NCBI GenBank assembly: GCA_964450805.1
Contig: CAYVDD010000001.1
Coordinates: 393,288-457,287 of the forward strand
Direction of reading: 5' to 3'
DNA length: 64,000 bases
DNA from: an uncultured Candidatus Saccharibacteria bacterium
GTDB taxonomy: Bacteria > Patescibacteriota > Minisyncoccia > Minisyncoccales > JANBVM01
Shown here: piece after piece, positions 1 to 8,732 of the stretch
How positions within the stretch are numbered: position 1 is the first letter of the stretch
How the letters are laid out: every line of letters starts with the position of its first letter
Position numbers and translations under genes: made by a program
Notes under the pieces: generated by a model
Databases searched by the model: none
The model's input: only the letters and a program-made list of their open reading frames with translations
What the model was told of the DNA's origin: nothing

Positions 1-1832
1 TCAGAAATTCCAGCTCTTGCCCTTCTAATAGCGCTGGAAATTGCAATTATAGCCTGTTTCTGGCCAACAACCCGCTTGCTAATAATGTTTTCCATTTTCT
101 CTAACTTTTTAGCTTCTGCTTCAAGTAATCTTGTTAAAGGAATACCAGTCCACCTTGAAACTACTTTTGCAATATCTTCTTCAGTTGCCTCTCCTTTTAA
201 AAGAGGGTTTTTCTTCTGAATTATTACTAACTTTTTTTCAGCATTTTTCAGTTCTTTTAAGAGCTCTGGGATTTTTCCGTATTTTAATTCAGCTACTTTC
301 TGAAGGTCTGCCTCAGAAATTCCTTTTTCAGCCTGAAAACGAGCGCTTTCAATTTTTGATTTAAAGTCTTTGATTTTTGAAATTAAATCTTTTTCTGTCT
401 GCCATTTAATTTTTATTGCCTTTTCTTTTTCTCTTAAATCAGAAAGCTGTCTTGAAATTGCCTTTAATCTGCCTTTACTTCCCTGTTCTTTTTTAATTGC
501 TTGTCTTTCAATTTCTAATTTGTTTATTTCTTTTGTTAAATTCTCAAGCTCTACTGGTTGTGATTCAATCTCCAGTCTTAAAGCGCTCATTGCTTCATCC
601 ATTAAATCAACTGCTTTATCAGGTAAAAACCTATCACTAATATATCTGGCAGATAAGTGAGCGCAGGTAACTAACGCAGAGTCTTTTATTTTTACTCCAT
701 GATGAAGTTCATACTTTTCCTTAATTCCTCTTAAAATCAAAACTGTATCTTCAATTGAAGGCTCTGCAATATAAATAGGCTGAAATCTTCTTTCCAGGGC
801 CTGGTCTTTTTCAATATATTTCTGATATTCTTTTAAAGTTGTGGCTCCAACTGCTTTTAACTCTCCTCGCGCCAAAGCTGGTTTCAACAGATTTGAAGCA
901 TCAATTGCTCCCTCAGCAGCTCCAGCTCCAACCAATGTGTGCAGTTCATCAATAAATAATAAATATCTTCCATCAGCCCTATTAATTTCTTTTAAAAATG
1001 CTTTAATTCTGTCTTCAAACTCACCGCGATATCTTGTTCCAGCAATTAAAGCGCCTAAGTCCATGGCTATAACTTCTTTATCTTTTAAGCTTTCAGGAAC
1101 CTGACCTGCAATAATTCTTTGAGCCAATCCCTCAACAATAGCTGTTTTCCCAACCCCTGCTTCACCAATTAAAACAGGATTGTTTTTTGTTCTTCGGGAT
1201 AAAATCTGCATTAATCTTCTTATTTCACTCTCTCTGCCGATTACTGGATCAAGTTTGCCTTTTCTTGCCAAAGAAGTAAGATTTCTGGCATATTTTTCAA
1301 TTACCTGATATTTGGTTTCAGGTTTTGGGTCAGTAATCCTGTGATTTCCTCTGGCTTTAGATAATTCAGTTGAAAATATCTGATAATTTAATTCTCCGAA
1401 TTCCAAAGAACCGGTTTTTGTTTTAGGCTTTAAAAAACTTGCTTTGTCTAAGATTTCTTTTGCTTTTGTATCAGCATCTAAAAGCCCTAAGAATAAATGT
1501 TCAATAGAAATAAATTCATCTCCCATTCTACTGGCTTCTTTTTTGGCCTTATCTAATATTTTTGCCATATCCTGGGTAAGATAAAGCTGGCCCAAAGTTT
1601 GCGGGGTGATAATTGTAGGAATTTTGCCTAATCTTAATTCTGTTTTCTTTTTCAAGGCCTCTATATCAACTCCAAGCCTTTCAAGAATATTTACAACAAT
1701 GCTTTCTTTTTGGTCAAGCAGAATATAAAGCAAATGTAGAGCATCAATTTGCTGCTGTTCTTTTCTCCTGGCCAATTCCTGAGCATGCATTATTGCCTCC
1801 TGGCTTTTATGAGTAAATTGCCCTCCGTTCAT
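1..1832 (-). CDS. clpB: ClpB-type AAA+ disaggregase, partial (C-terminus beyond window start)
   Basis: The minus-strand frame is open from the window edge to the ATG at 1830-1832. N-terminus [39 protein letters not shown] fits the Clp N-domain pattern. Walker [13 protein letters not shown] is encoded at 1141-1175. Track ORFs 131-1104 (+) are antisense artefacts. Confidence 0.9.
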   Translation of the reverse strand, partial: MNGGQFTHKSQEAIMHAQELARRKEQQQIDALHLLYILLDQKESIVVNILERLGVDIEALKKKTELRLGKIPTIITPQTLGQLYLTQDMAKILDKAKKEASRMGDEFISIEHLFLGLLDADTKAKEILDKASFLKPKTKTGSLEFGELNYQIFSTELSKARGNHRITDPKPETKYQVIEKYARNLTSLARKGKLDPVIGRESEIRRLMQILSRRTKNNPVLIGEAGVGKTAIVEGLAQRIIAGQVPESLKDKEVIAMDLGALIAGTRYRGEFEDRIKAFLKEINRADGRYLLFIDELHTLVGAGAAEGAIDASNLLKPALARGELKAVGATTLKEYQKYIEKDQALERRFQPIYIAEPSIEDTVLILRGIKEKYELHHGVKIKDSALVTCAHLSARYISDRFLPDKAVDLMDEAMSALRLEIESQPVELENLTKEINKLEIERQAIKKEQGSKGRLKAISRQLSDLREKEKAIKIKWQTEKDLISKIKDFKSKIESARFQAEKGISEADLQKVAELKYGKIPELLKELKNAEKKLVIIQKKNPLLKGEATEEDIAKVVSRWTGIPLTRLLEAEAKKLEKMENIISKRVVGQKQAIIAISSAIRRARAGIS

Positions 1833-1840
1833 ATAATCAC

Positions 1841-1868
1841 ATTATAAAATAAAATATTAAAAAATCAA
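1841..1868 (-). promoter_or_regulatory. candidate promoter of clpB (TTGATT-16 nt-TATAAT)
   Basis: Read on the minus strand: -35 TTGATT (1863-1868) and -10 TATAAT (1841-1846). Only 8 nt separate the -10 from the ATG and there is no SD, suggesting a leaderless or near-leaderless mRNA. Confidence 0.4.
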
Positions 1869-2016
1869 GTAAAAAAAAGAAAGGTGTCTATTCCATAACG
1901 ACACATAGTTCTTAATATACAAGATAACACCAGTAAAATATTATTAGAAATTTGTATCTTTTATTATTGAAAGCAATATTAACAGTAATTGCGTTTCTGT
2001 CCGGTTTAAAAATCTC

Positions 2017-2055
2017 AGTTCTCCGCTTCTTAAACGTCATTGGAAACGGAGAACT
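2017..2055 (-). terminator. hairpin downstream of the 157-aa secreted protein gene
   Basis: 9-bp stem AGTTCTCCG (2017-2025) / CGGAGAACT (2047-2055). On the minus strand it is followed by GATTTTT. The loop is long (21 nt), so efficiency is uncertain. Confidence 0.4.
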
Positions 2056-2069
2056 CAAACTTCTTAAGA

Positions 2070-2543
2070 TTATTGATTAAACTTGAGCCTGCCCATTTTC
2101 ATTCCCTTATCAAAATTTCCAGGAAAACCATTGTGTCCAAAAACATAATTTAGCTCAATTCCATTCTCTTCAGCCCAGGTTTTCATTTCTTCTCTGTGCT
2201 GCTCCATAGCCTCACGCCTTTCCTCTGGAGACAGCTGTTTCATCTGTTCCATTTTCTGGCACATCTCTTCTTTTTTGGCAATAATAAGCTGTTTCTGCTC
2301 TTCAGTCAGCTTGCCTTGTTCAACGAGCTCGTCCAGTCTGCCGTCAAAATAAACCTGAGCCTGTTCCATTCTCTCTTCATGTATCTCTTCAAAAAACTGC
2401 TCCACTTCCTGACGGTCAAGATTGAACCTTTCAATAAGTTTATCAATAAGGTCAGGATAATTGCCGTTGCGGGCCTGGGCAATACCAAAGCCGAACACAG
2501 CAAGAAGAACACAACCTGTAAGAATATATAATAGTTTGTTCAT
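2070..2543 (-). CDS. secreted helical protein with an LTXXQ-type motif (Spy/CpxP-like, tentative)
   Basis: N-terminal signal peptide MNKLLYILTGCVLLAVFGFGIAQA. The protein is highly charged and helical, with KLTEEQKQL (LTXXQ-like) and LSPEERRE. It lies downstream of the ECF sigma / membrane protein pair. Confidence 0.55.
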   Translation of the reverse strand: MNKLLYILTGCVLLAVFGFGIAQARNGNYPDLIDKLIERFNLDRQEVEQFFEEIHEERMEQAQVYFDGRLDELVEQGKLTEEQKQLIIAKKEEMCQKMEQMKQLSPEERREAMEQHREEMKTWAEENGIELNYVFGHNGFPGNFDKGMKMGRLKFNQ

Positions 2544-2607
2544 GATAGATAAAGATTATTCTAAGTAAACGACCTTTACTGCTTATTACTACAATCAAAC
2601 CAGGATT

Positions 2608-3357
2608 TTATTTCATCATAAAAGGCTTGAAAGGAGGTTTCTGGAAAACCTTGATTTCATTGTTGATTTTGCGAACTCCAAAGGCCCTGACGGTCATGTC
2701 ATCCTTTTTTCCGAAAATGACAACAACATTGTCTTTCTCAATTCCGTTTTTGAAGGGGAAATAGGTATTAGTATCAACAATGACTCTGAGCTTTTCGTCC
2801 TGGGCTGTCATTATTTCAAAACCATCATCAGTCATGTCAGAAATAACCCCCTGATGAACATCACGGCCAGGAATAGAAGTATTGACATAACGATAAAACC
2901 TGCCTGCAAAAGGAAGACTGCCTTGTTTCGCCTTTAAAAACAAATCTGAATGAAACCTTGTTCCACTGATAGCAAAGCTACTAATAACCACAACACCAAT
3001 GATAATTAAAAGCGAGAATAAAGCAGATTTGCGGTATGCAAATGTGAAATGCTTAGCAAAGAATTCCAATAGAACAATTGAAAGCAGGGCTACAATAATA
3101 AGAAGCCATGGAAGAGAACGAAACAACACTGCAACTCCAGGGAAACCAAATGCAGGCATAAACCATACTCCGCTCAACTGCAAGGAAAACATAATAAAGC
3201 TGACCAGATACAGAACAAAGAAAACAACAACAACGATAGCCAGCGCTATTAAAACAGCTCTTAAAATGAAATACATTCTGGGTTTCATCTTGACCTTCCT
3301 TTTTTTAATCTTATCAATCACTGCCTGACTTATTGACTTTTTATTTTCATTATTCAT
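2608..3357 (-). CDS. polytopic membrane protein, candidate anti-sigma factor
   Basis: The ORF directly follows the ECF sigma gene. The likely start is the ATG at 3355-3357, an ATGAATAA overlap with the sigma stop; the track start at 3378 is less likely. It has a basic N-terminus, several TM segments and a soluble C-terminal domain. Function is inferred from position only. Confidence 0.5.
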   Translation of the reverse strand: MNNENKKSISQAVIDKIKKRKVKMKPRMYFILRAVLIALAIVVVVFFVLYLVSFIMFSLQLSGVWFMPAFGFPGVAVLFRSLPWLLIIVALLSIVLLEFFAKHFTFAYRKSALFSLLIIIGVVVISSFAISGTRFHSDLFLKAKQGSLPFAGRFYRYVNTSIPGRDVHQGVISDMTDDGFEIMTAQDEKLRVIVDTNTYFPFKNGIEKDNVVVIFGKKDDMTVRAFGVRKINNEIKVFQKPPFKPFMMK

Positions 3358-3907
3358 GTCCCTTTTCCTTATAAACACTATTTAAAATATCCCTGCCCCT
3401 TTTAAGCCTCACTCCAACTGTTGAGACAGGTATCCTCATAATCTCTGAAATCTCCTGATAATTCATTTCTTCAAAATAATAAAGGACCAAAGGCTCCCTG
3501 TACTTTACATCTAAACTACTGATGCATTTATTAAGAAGCTCATGCAGTTCCTTATCTAAAACATTCTGATGGATGTCGTCCTGAATCAGTTTCTGGGGCA
3601 GAAACGTGTCAAACTCAAATAAAGACAAAGGAGACCTTTTCTTTTTTTTCATAACATTAATGAATTCATTGTGAGCAATACGGTAAAGCCAGGTTGAGAA
3701 CTTCCTTTTAACATCAAAGCTTTGTATGTTCTCATAAGCTTTAAGAAATATGTTCTGGACAGTATCTTCAATATCTTCATGCTCAGAGATGAATTTTCTT
3801 CCATACCTTGTAATCTTCTTTTCATAGCGCACCACCAAGATTTCAAAAAAATCAGCCTTGCCTGCTTGAACCAAACCAGCTATTTGTTCATCTGATTGTT
3901 GCTCCAT
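3350..3907 (-). CDS. ECF-type sigma-70 family RNA polymerase sigma factor
   Basis: 185 aa. The region 2 pattern is FSTWLYRIAHNEFINVMKKK. The region 4 HTH is MNYQEISEIMRIPVSTVGVRLKRGRDIL. Confidence 0.85.
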   Translation of the reverse strand: MEQQSDEQIAGLVQAGKADFFEILVVRYEKKITRYGRKFISEHEDIEDTVQNIFLKAYENIQSFDVKRKFSTWLYRIAHNEFINVMKKKKRSPLSLFEFDTFLPQKLIQDDIHQNVLDKELHELLNKCISSLDVKYREPLVLYYFEEMNYQEISEIMRIPVSTVGVRLKRGRDILNSVYKEKGHE

Positions 3908-4010
3908 TTTATTACTACAATAAATATTTAATTTCTATTTCACTCTTCTTATATATATTTGAATACAAAATCAACCCAAGCAATGCTTGGCATGTTAAAG
4001 TAAGTATAGC

Positions 4011-4200
4011 TCAAGAATCTCTTAAACCAACGACCACAATTCTGTATATTTTCTCCCTGTGAGGCCTCAATCCATGACTTGCACCTTCAATAATGATTTT
4101 TCGCTTTGTTTTGTCTGCAGCTTTAAGACATTCCTCTATTTCAGAGACAAGAGATGTATCATCATTGCCACCACGAATAAAAAGCATTGGGCAATGAATC
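4011..4200 (-). pseudogene. C-terminal remnant of an alpha/beta-hydrolase (dienelactone hydrolase/S9-like) gene
   Basis: Minus-strand translation gives IHCPMLFIRGGNDDTSLVSEIEECLKAADKTKRKIIIEGASHGLRPH...*. This is the typical C-terminal Asp/His region of alpha/beta hydrolases. An in-frame TAA lies immediately upstream, and no nucleophile-elbow region is present. Confidence 0.5.
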
Positions 4201-4267
4201 TTTTAAATAGATTCCAAGAAATTATACTTGAAAGATAAAATTAATCCTTCCCATTTAAAAATCCCGC

Positions 4268-6358
4268 TTATTCGTTTCTTTCCCCTAAAACTATCTTAAT
4301 TTCTTTTTCTATTTCTCCACTTAAGATTTTCAAGGTTATTTCCTCTCCTGGAGAATGCCTCATAATGATTTTTGCTAAACTGTTTTGAGCAGTTATTTTT
4401 TCATTATTAAATTCCAAGATAATATCTCCTTCTTTTAAACCAGCTTTTTCTGCAGCAGAATCAGGAAATATGGCTGATTCTCCTTGAGGGCCTTTAGTAA
4501 CCCATGCGCCGTAATCAACTGGCAAATCATTTTTTTGCTGAATATCCTCAGTTATTAAAGCATATCTTACGCCTAAAAAAGGATAAACAATCTTTCCTAT
4601 GGTTCTAACCTGTTCAACGTCTCTTTTTGCTGGGTTAATAGGAATAGCAAAACCAACACTCTGTCCTTCAAGATCAATGGCAGTATTTATACCTATAGCT
4701 TCACCTTTTGAATTTAAAAGAGGACCTCCAGAGTTTCCTTTATTAATAGCTGTATCTGTTTGAATTACGTCTTCTAAAATCTCAACAAAATCCCCTCCTG
4801 AAGCTGAAATGGTTCTGCCTAGACCAGAAATAATACCAACTGAAACTGTGTTTTGATATCTTCCTAAAGCATAACCAATTGCAATCGCAGTCTGGCCAAT
4901 TTGTATTTTATCTGAGTCACCAAGCTCTAATTTAGGAAAAGTTTTAAAATCAATTTCTCCATTACTGGTTATTGTTTTTTCCTGGTCAATTTTCAGTATT
5001 GCTATATCCTGCAATGAGTCTTTTGCCAGCACCTTGGCTGGAAACTGCCTGTTATCTGAAACAATAACAGTGTAATCAGCTTCATCATCTAAAACAACGT
5101 GTTTGTTAGTTAAAATCATTCCATCTTCAGAAACAATAAACCCTGTTCCTCCGCCTATTTCCTGCTTCTCAGTTCCTTTTTGTCTGTATTGAGGAACCTG
5201 AAAATCAAAAAATGGTTCAAAGAAAAATTCTTCAAATGGAGATATGTAGTATTCTTCATAAACCGGCAAATCTTTGGTAACCACAATACTCACCACTGCT
5301 GGTGAAGCTTTTTCAACAGCATTAATAATTGTTTGTTCCTGAAAAGTATAAAGAGATGTTTCTTCTTCATTTTTTTTAGGAGTTTCAATTTCAATATTCA
5401 ATCTGCCAAAAAAATCCTTTATTTCCCAGTAAAAATAACTTCCAGACATTGCGCCCGCTAGAAATCCGAAGATAGAAGAAACAATAATCACTAAAACTAA
5501 AGAACCAAGAGCTCGTTTTTTGGAAAACTGGGCAACTTTTGACTTAGCAGGCTTTAAAAGATTTAACTTTCCTGTTTTTAGTTTTGGAAATTTAATTGTT
5601 GGAAATTTTAATTTCGGTAACTTATACATAACAGCTCTATTATAACTTATTTTATTTTTAATTTTCAATGAATAATTAAATCTGTATTTAAAAATGTCTG
5701 ATTTTATTGAACCAAAAACCAGCATCCAAAACCCGGCCAAAACATATCTTAAATAAGTTATAAATCTTCCGTCTCTTTCAAACCTTCGGGCAGAAACCAA
5801 AACAGATTTGATATTAATAAAACCGAACTTGCCGTATTTTTTAGCTCTTCTTACATAATCATGGTCTTCAGCTAACATCACTCTTTCATTAAAACCATTA
5901 ATTGCCTGATGAATTCCTTTTTTAACCAAAATAACGTTTGTAGCATGAGGTAAGAAACCTTGACTCAATCCTGCCCAAAAATTGTATAGAGTATAAAAAA
6001 TTCTATCAACTATATTTCCTTGAGGATAAATTGAAAAAGAGGCTACATCTAAATTTCTGCTTTTAAATTTTTCAACGAGTTTATTTAAGAAACCAGTTGG
6101 CAAAGAAAGAACATCAGCGTCAATAAATAAAAACAAATCTCCGGAAGCGATTTTAGCACCATTATTTCTTCCTTTTGCCGGCAAACCTCCTTCTGTTATT
6201 TTACAGCCAAAGCTTTCAGCTATTTCAACTGTATCATCTGAAGAATTAGCATCAGCAACAATTATTTCATAATCTTCAAAATCCTGCTTTTTAATTTCTG
6301 TTAAAAGCAGAGGGAGATAATCTTGTTCATTTAAGGTTGGAATAATAATGCTTAACAT
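4268..6358 (-). CDS. fusion protein: N-terminal GT2 glycosyltransferase + TM segments + C-terminal HtrA/DegP-type serine protease with PDZ
   Basis: The GT2 part shows IIIPTLNEQDYLP, VADANSSDDT and FIDADV. TM segments are YVLAGFWMLVFGSI and LGSLVLVIIVSSIFGFLAGAM. The protease triad contexts are TNKHVV, DIAILKI and GNSGGPLL. The PDZ shows GLKEGDIILEFNNEKI. It is one uninterrupted 696-aa ORF. Confidence 0.8.
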   Translation of the reverse strand: MLSIIIPTLNEQDYLPLLLTEIKKQDFEDYEIIVADANSSDDTVEIAESFGCKITEGGLPAKGRNNGAKIASGDLFLFIDADVLSLPTGFLNKLVEKFKSRNLDVASFSIYPQGNIVDRIFYTLYNFWAGLSQGFLPHATNVILVKKGIHQAINGFNERVMLAEDHDYVRRAKKYGKFGFINIKSVLVSARRFERDGRFITYLRYVLAGFWMLVFGSIKSDIFKYRFNYSLKIKNKISYNRAVMYKLPKLKFPTIKFPKLKTGKLNLLKPAKSKVAQFSKKRALGSLVLVIIVSSIFGFLAGAMSGSYFYWEIKDFFGRLNIEIETPKKNEEETSLYTFQEQTIINAVEKASPAVVSIVVTKDLPVYEEYYISPFEEFFFEPFFDFQVPQYRQKGTEKQEIGGGTGFIVSEDGMILTNKHVVLDDEADYTVIVSDNRQFPAKVLAKDSLQDIAILKIDQEKTITSNGEIDFKTFPKLELGDSDKIQIGQTAIAIGYALGRYQNTVSVGIISGLGRTISASGGDFVEILEDVIQTDTAINKGNSGGPLLNSKGEAIGINTAIDLEGQSVGFAIPINPAKRDVEQVRTIGKIVYPFLGVRYALITEDIQQKNDLPVDYGAWVTKGPQGESAIFPDSAAEKAGLKEGDIILEFNNEKITAQNSLAKIIMRHSPGEEITLKILSGEIEKEIKIVLGERNE

Positions 6359-6364
6359 ATAATC

Positions 6365-7348
6365 CTAAAATAATTTTCTTGCTTGTTCCCAAATTTCAAT
6401 ATCTTGATGTTTTTCTTTTAACCAGAACCACCATTCACTTCCCCATAAATAAAACTTGCTAAGCCCGGTACTCTTGGCAAACTCAATGTTTTTGTTGAAC
6501 AATTCTAAATTCATTGTTTTATCTTGCTCTTCAAAAGAGCAATTATATAATCTATTAGGACACCAGGGTTCTGCCTGAAGTTCAACGCAAACTATATCTT
6601 TATGAAAAATTCTTTTAATGATTTGTGATTTTCTCCAATAGAAAACAGAAGGAAAACTATAATTTATATAATTATTAATCTCTTTCAGCCAGGCTTTTTT
6701 ATAGAGAGTTGTTCCAACAATATCGCCTAATTTGGCAGCTTCAATCCAAAAAGACCATTCGCCTGTGTCTGAAATCAAAACTGGTCTGTCAGGGTCAAGC
6801 GATTTTACAAACTCAACTTCCTGCTTTAAGAAACTTTTATCAATCCAGGGACATTCGCCAAAATGAAAAAGCGGCTCATTTTCCACCATCCAGACAGTGA
6901 TTACAGACTTTTCTTTATACCTTAAAATAATTTTCTCAATTAAATTTAAAATTCTTTGCTGCTGCTCTTTTTTGTTTAAAGTTTCTGCCCAGTGAGGAAC
7001 ATGACATTCTGGCCAGGAGCCGGTTTTCATCCCAATAACTAAAATGACTTGTACATTTTTAATTTCTGCCTGTTCAATCTGCCAGTCTAAATCCTTAAAA
7101 TTAAATTCGTCCTGGTTTTTTTCAATCAAATCCCAAAAGGTAATTAATTTTATATTTTTTACATTTAAGTCAGAAAGAAGCCCTTCATAAGCTTTTTTCC
7201 AATTCAAACCAAAATTCTGGGCATGTTTTTGAGAAAAATTAACTCCAAAAGTAATCTTTTCTGCTTCTGGTGCAGTGCCAATAAAAAAATAACTTATTAT
7301 AATCAAAAGAATAACCAATAAAAAAAATATCGTTTTCTTGTATCTCAT
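6365..7348 (-). CDS. membrane-anchored glycoside-hydrolase-like TIM-barrel protein (family unassigned)
   Basis: N-terminal anchor IFFLLVILLIIISYFFIG. Motifs WMVENEP (acid/base Glu context) and VCVELQAEPW are present. Assignment rests on motif resemblance only. Confidence 0.45.
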   Translation of the reverse strand: MRYKKTIFFLLVILLIIISYFFIGTAPEAEKITFGVNFSQKHAQNFGLNWKKAYEGLLSDLNVKNIKLITFWDLIEKNQDEFNFKDLDWQIEQAEIKNVQVILVIGMKTGSWPECHVPHWAETLNKKEQQQRILNLIEKIILRYKEKSVITVWMVENEPLFHFGECPWIDKSFLKQEVEFVKSLDPDRPVLISDTGEWSFWIEAAKLGDIVGTTLYKKAWLKEINNYINYSFPSVFYWRKSQIIKRIFHKDIVCVELQAEPWCPNRLYNCSFEEQDKTMNLELFNKNIEFAKSTGLSKFYLWGSEWWFWLKEKHQDIEIWEQARKLF

Positions 7349-7352
7349 TTTA

Positions 7353-8651
7353 TTAACGAAAATCAGGAGGGCTAGAAATTATTTTTTTAATATTAAAAAC
7401 CCCTCTTTTCTCAGCTTCAACAAAGCCCTGCATTGCTGCCTCAGCAAACCACCCGCTTTCCAATAAATCAAAAACCCATTCATCAGTATGTTCAGGACTA
7501 TTCTGCAAAATACCAGAACCAAGCTCCAAAAGCCATCTACGATTATAATCTTCTTGCGAACCAATTAAAGGAGCAATAATAATAGGCAGGCCTAATCCAG
7601 TATAAAACGAAAGTTCGCTTGGTTTTGTCCATAAAATATCAATTTTTCTTAAAGCTGAATTAAAGTCTTTAAAATAACCATTAATTTCATTATTGAAAAT
7701 TATTTCCACCCCCTTTTTTAAACCTAATCTTTCAACGCAATCCAGAAAATAATTTTTAACGCGTTCTCTTATTCCAGCAACTAAAATAACTTTGATTTTT
7801 TCGTCCTGGATCTTACTTTTCAGGCTTTTTAGAATTTTCCAACTAATTTCTTTTTGAGCTCCTGCTCCTCCAACAGCAAACATAACTGTAAAAATATGGT
7901 CTGATTTTTCAGGCAAATCCCCTATATATCTATCAATTAAAATCTTGTATTGTTTGAAATATCTTTTTTTAGGGTCAAGATTTAAAAGTCTGTAAGCTAA
8001 ATCATGTTTTAAAATCTCTAAATCCTGGCTGCCAATGTTTTCCAAAGGCAAAGGATAACCTGATAAGAAAATGTTCTTTGGTTTTACCCCATAAAGCTTT
8101 AATCTTTCAACAACCCTTTCAGTTGGTGCAAGATACTTGATTCTGCTTGATTGTGGCTTTAAAGCAGCCCAGGGCCTGGCAACGTCAGCATCGCAGACTA
8201 CGCAATATATATCGTTTGGATAATTAAAAAACTCTGCCATAAAAGCTGGGGTAAAAAACGTTGAAATAATTGGACGCGGCTTTTCTTTCAGTTTTTCAAT
8301 TAAATGTCTTCCCCAGCCATTTTTAAATAAAGCATAAATTTTTCCCAAAGAAAAATTAGGTTTTGATAAATCTCTTTTAGGATAAAAAGTAAGAATTCTC
8401 TGAAATCTATCAAAAAGAGAAAAAGAAAATTCTCCAATTAAAGGAACTCTTTTAAATCTTGAAATAGCCTCGTAAAACTTTCTTGTTGATTGCCAGATGT
8501 TTTTGTCTTTTTTTGGAATGCCTTCATAGTTATTGGCATTAATAACTTTATTTTCAAAAGCTAAATACCTTAAAGGATAAGCAGTTCTTTGGTGACCATA
8601 ACCCATGTTAACGCTTACAACCCAAACTTTTTGTTTGTCAGAGTAATTCAT
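7353..8651 (-). CDS. glycosyltransferase, MGDG-synthase/UgtP-like (GT28-type), tentative
   Basis: N-terminal VSVNMGYGHQRTA resembles the G-x-G-H loop of UgtP/MGDG synthases. A central MFAVGGAGAQKE is present. It is clustered with the GT2 and hydrolase genes. Confidence 0.45.
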   Translation of the reverse strand: MNYSDKQKVWVVSVNMGYGHQRTAYPLRYLAFENKVINANNYEGIPKKDKNIWQSTRKFYEAISRFKRVPLIGEFSFSLFDRFQRILTFYPKRDLSKPNFSLGKIYALFKNGWGRHLIEKLKEKPRPIISTFFTPAFMAEFFNYPNDIYCVVCDADVARPWAALKPQSSRIKYLAPTERVVERLKLYGVKPKNIFLSGYPLPLENIGSQDLEILKHDLAYRLLNLDPKKRYFKQYKILIDRYIGDLPEKSDHIFTVMFAVGGAGAQKEISWKILKSLKSKIQDEKIKVILVAGIRERVKNYFLDCVERLGLKKGVEIIFNNEINGYFKDFNSALRKIDILWTKPSELSFYTGLGLPIIIAPLIGSQEDYNRRWLLELGSGILQNSPEHTDEWVFDLLESGWFAEAAMQGFVEAEKRGVFNIKKIISSPPDFR

Positions 8652-8732
8652 TGAATTATTTTATCAAAAATTTATTAGTTCTGTAAGTTTTAAAAATCCT
8701 TAAAGTCTTTTTTATTCCTGTTTTATTATTTT

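Noticed and set aside
131-1104. Three + strand track ORFs (77, 96 and 87 aa) at the window start
   Set aside because: They lie antisense to a continuous minus-strand ClpB reading frame with clear Clp_N and Walker A motifs. Their sequences are low-complexity Leu/Ser/Phe-rich, as expected from antisense translation of an AT-rich gene.
2196-3846. Nested or antisense track ORFs (2196-2531 +, 2306-2512 -, 2999-3328 +, 3649-3846 -)
   Set aside because: Each is fully contained in, or antisense to, a longer ORF with a signal peptide, TM pattern or sigma-factor motifs. They have no SD and no recognisable motif.
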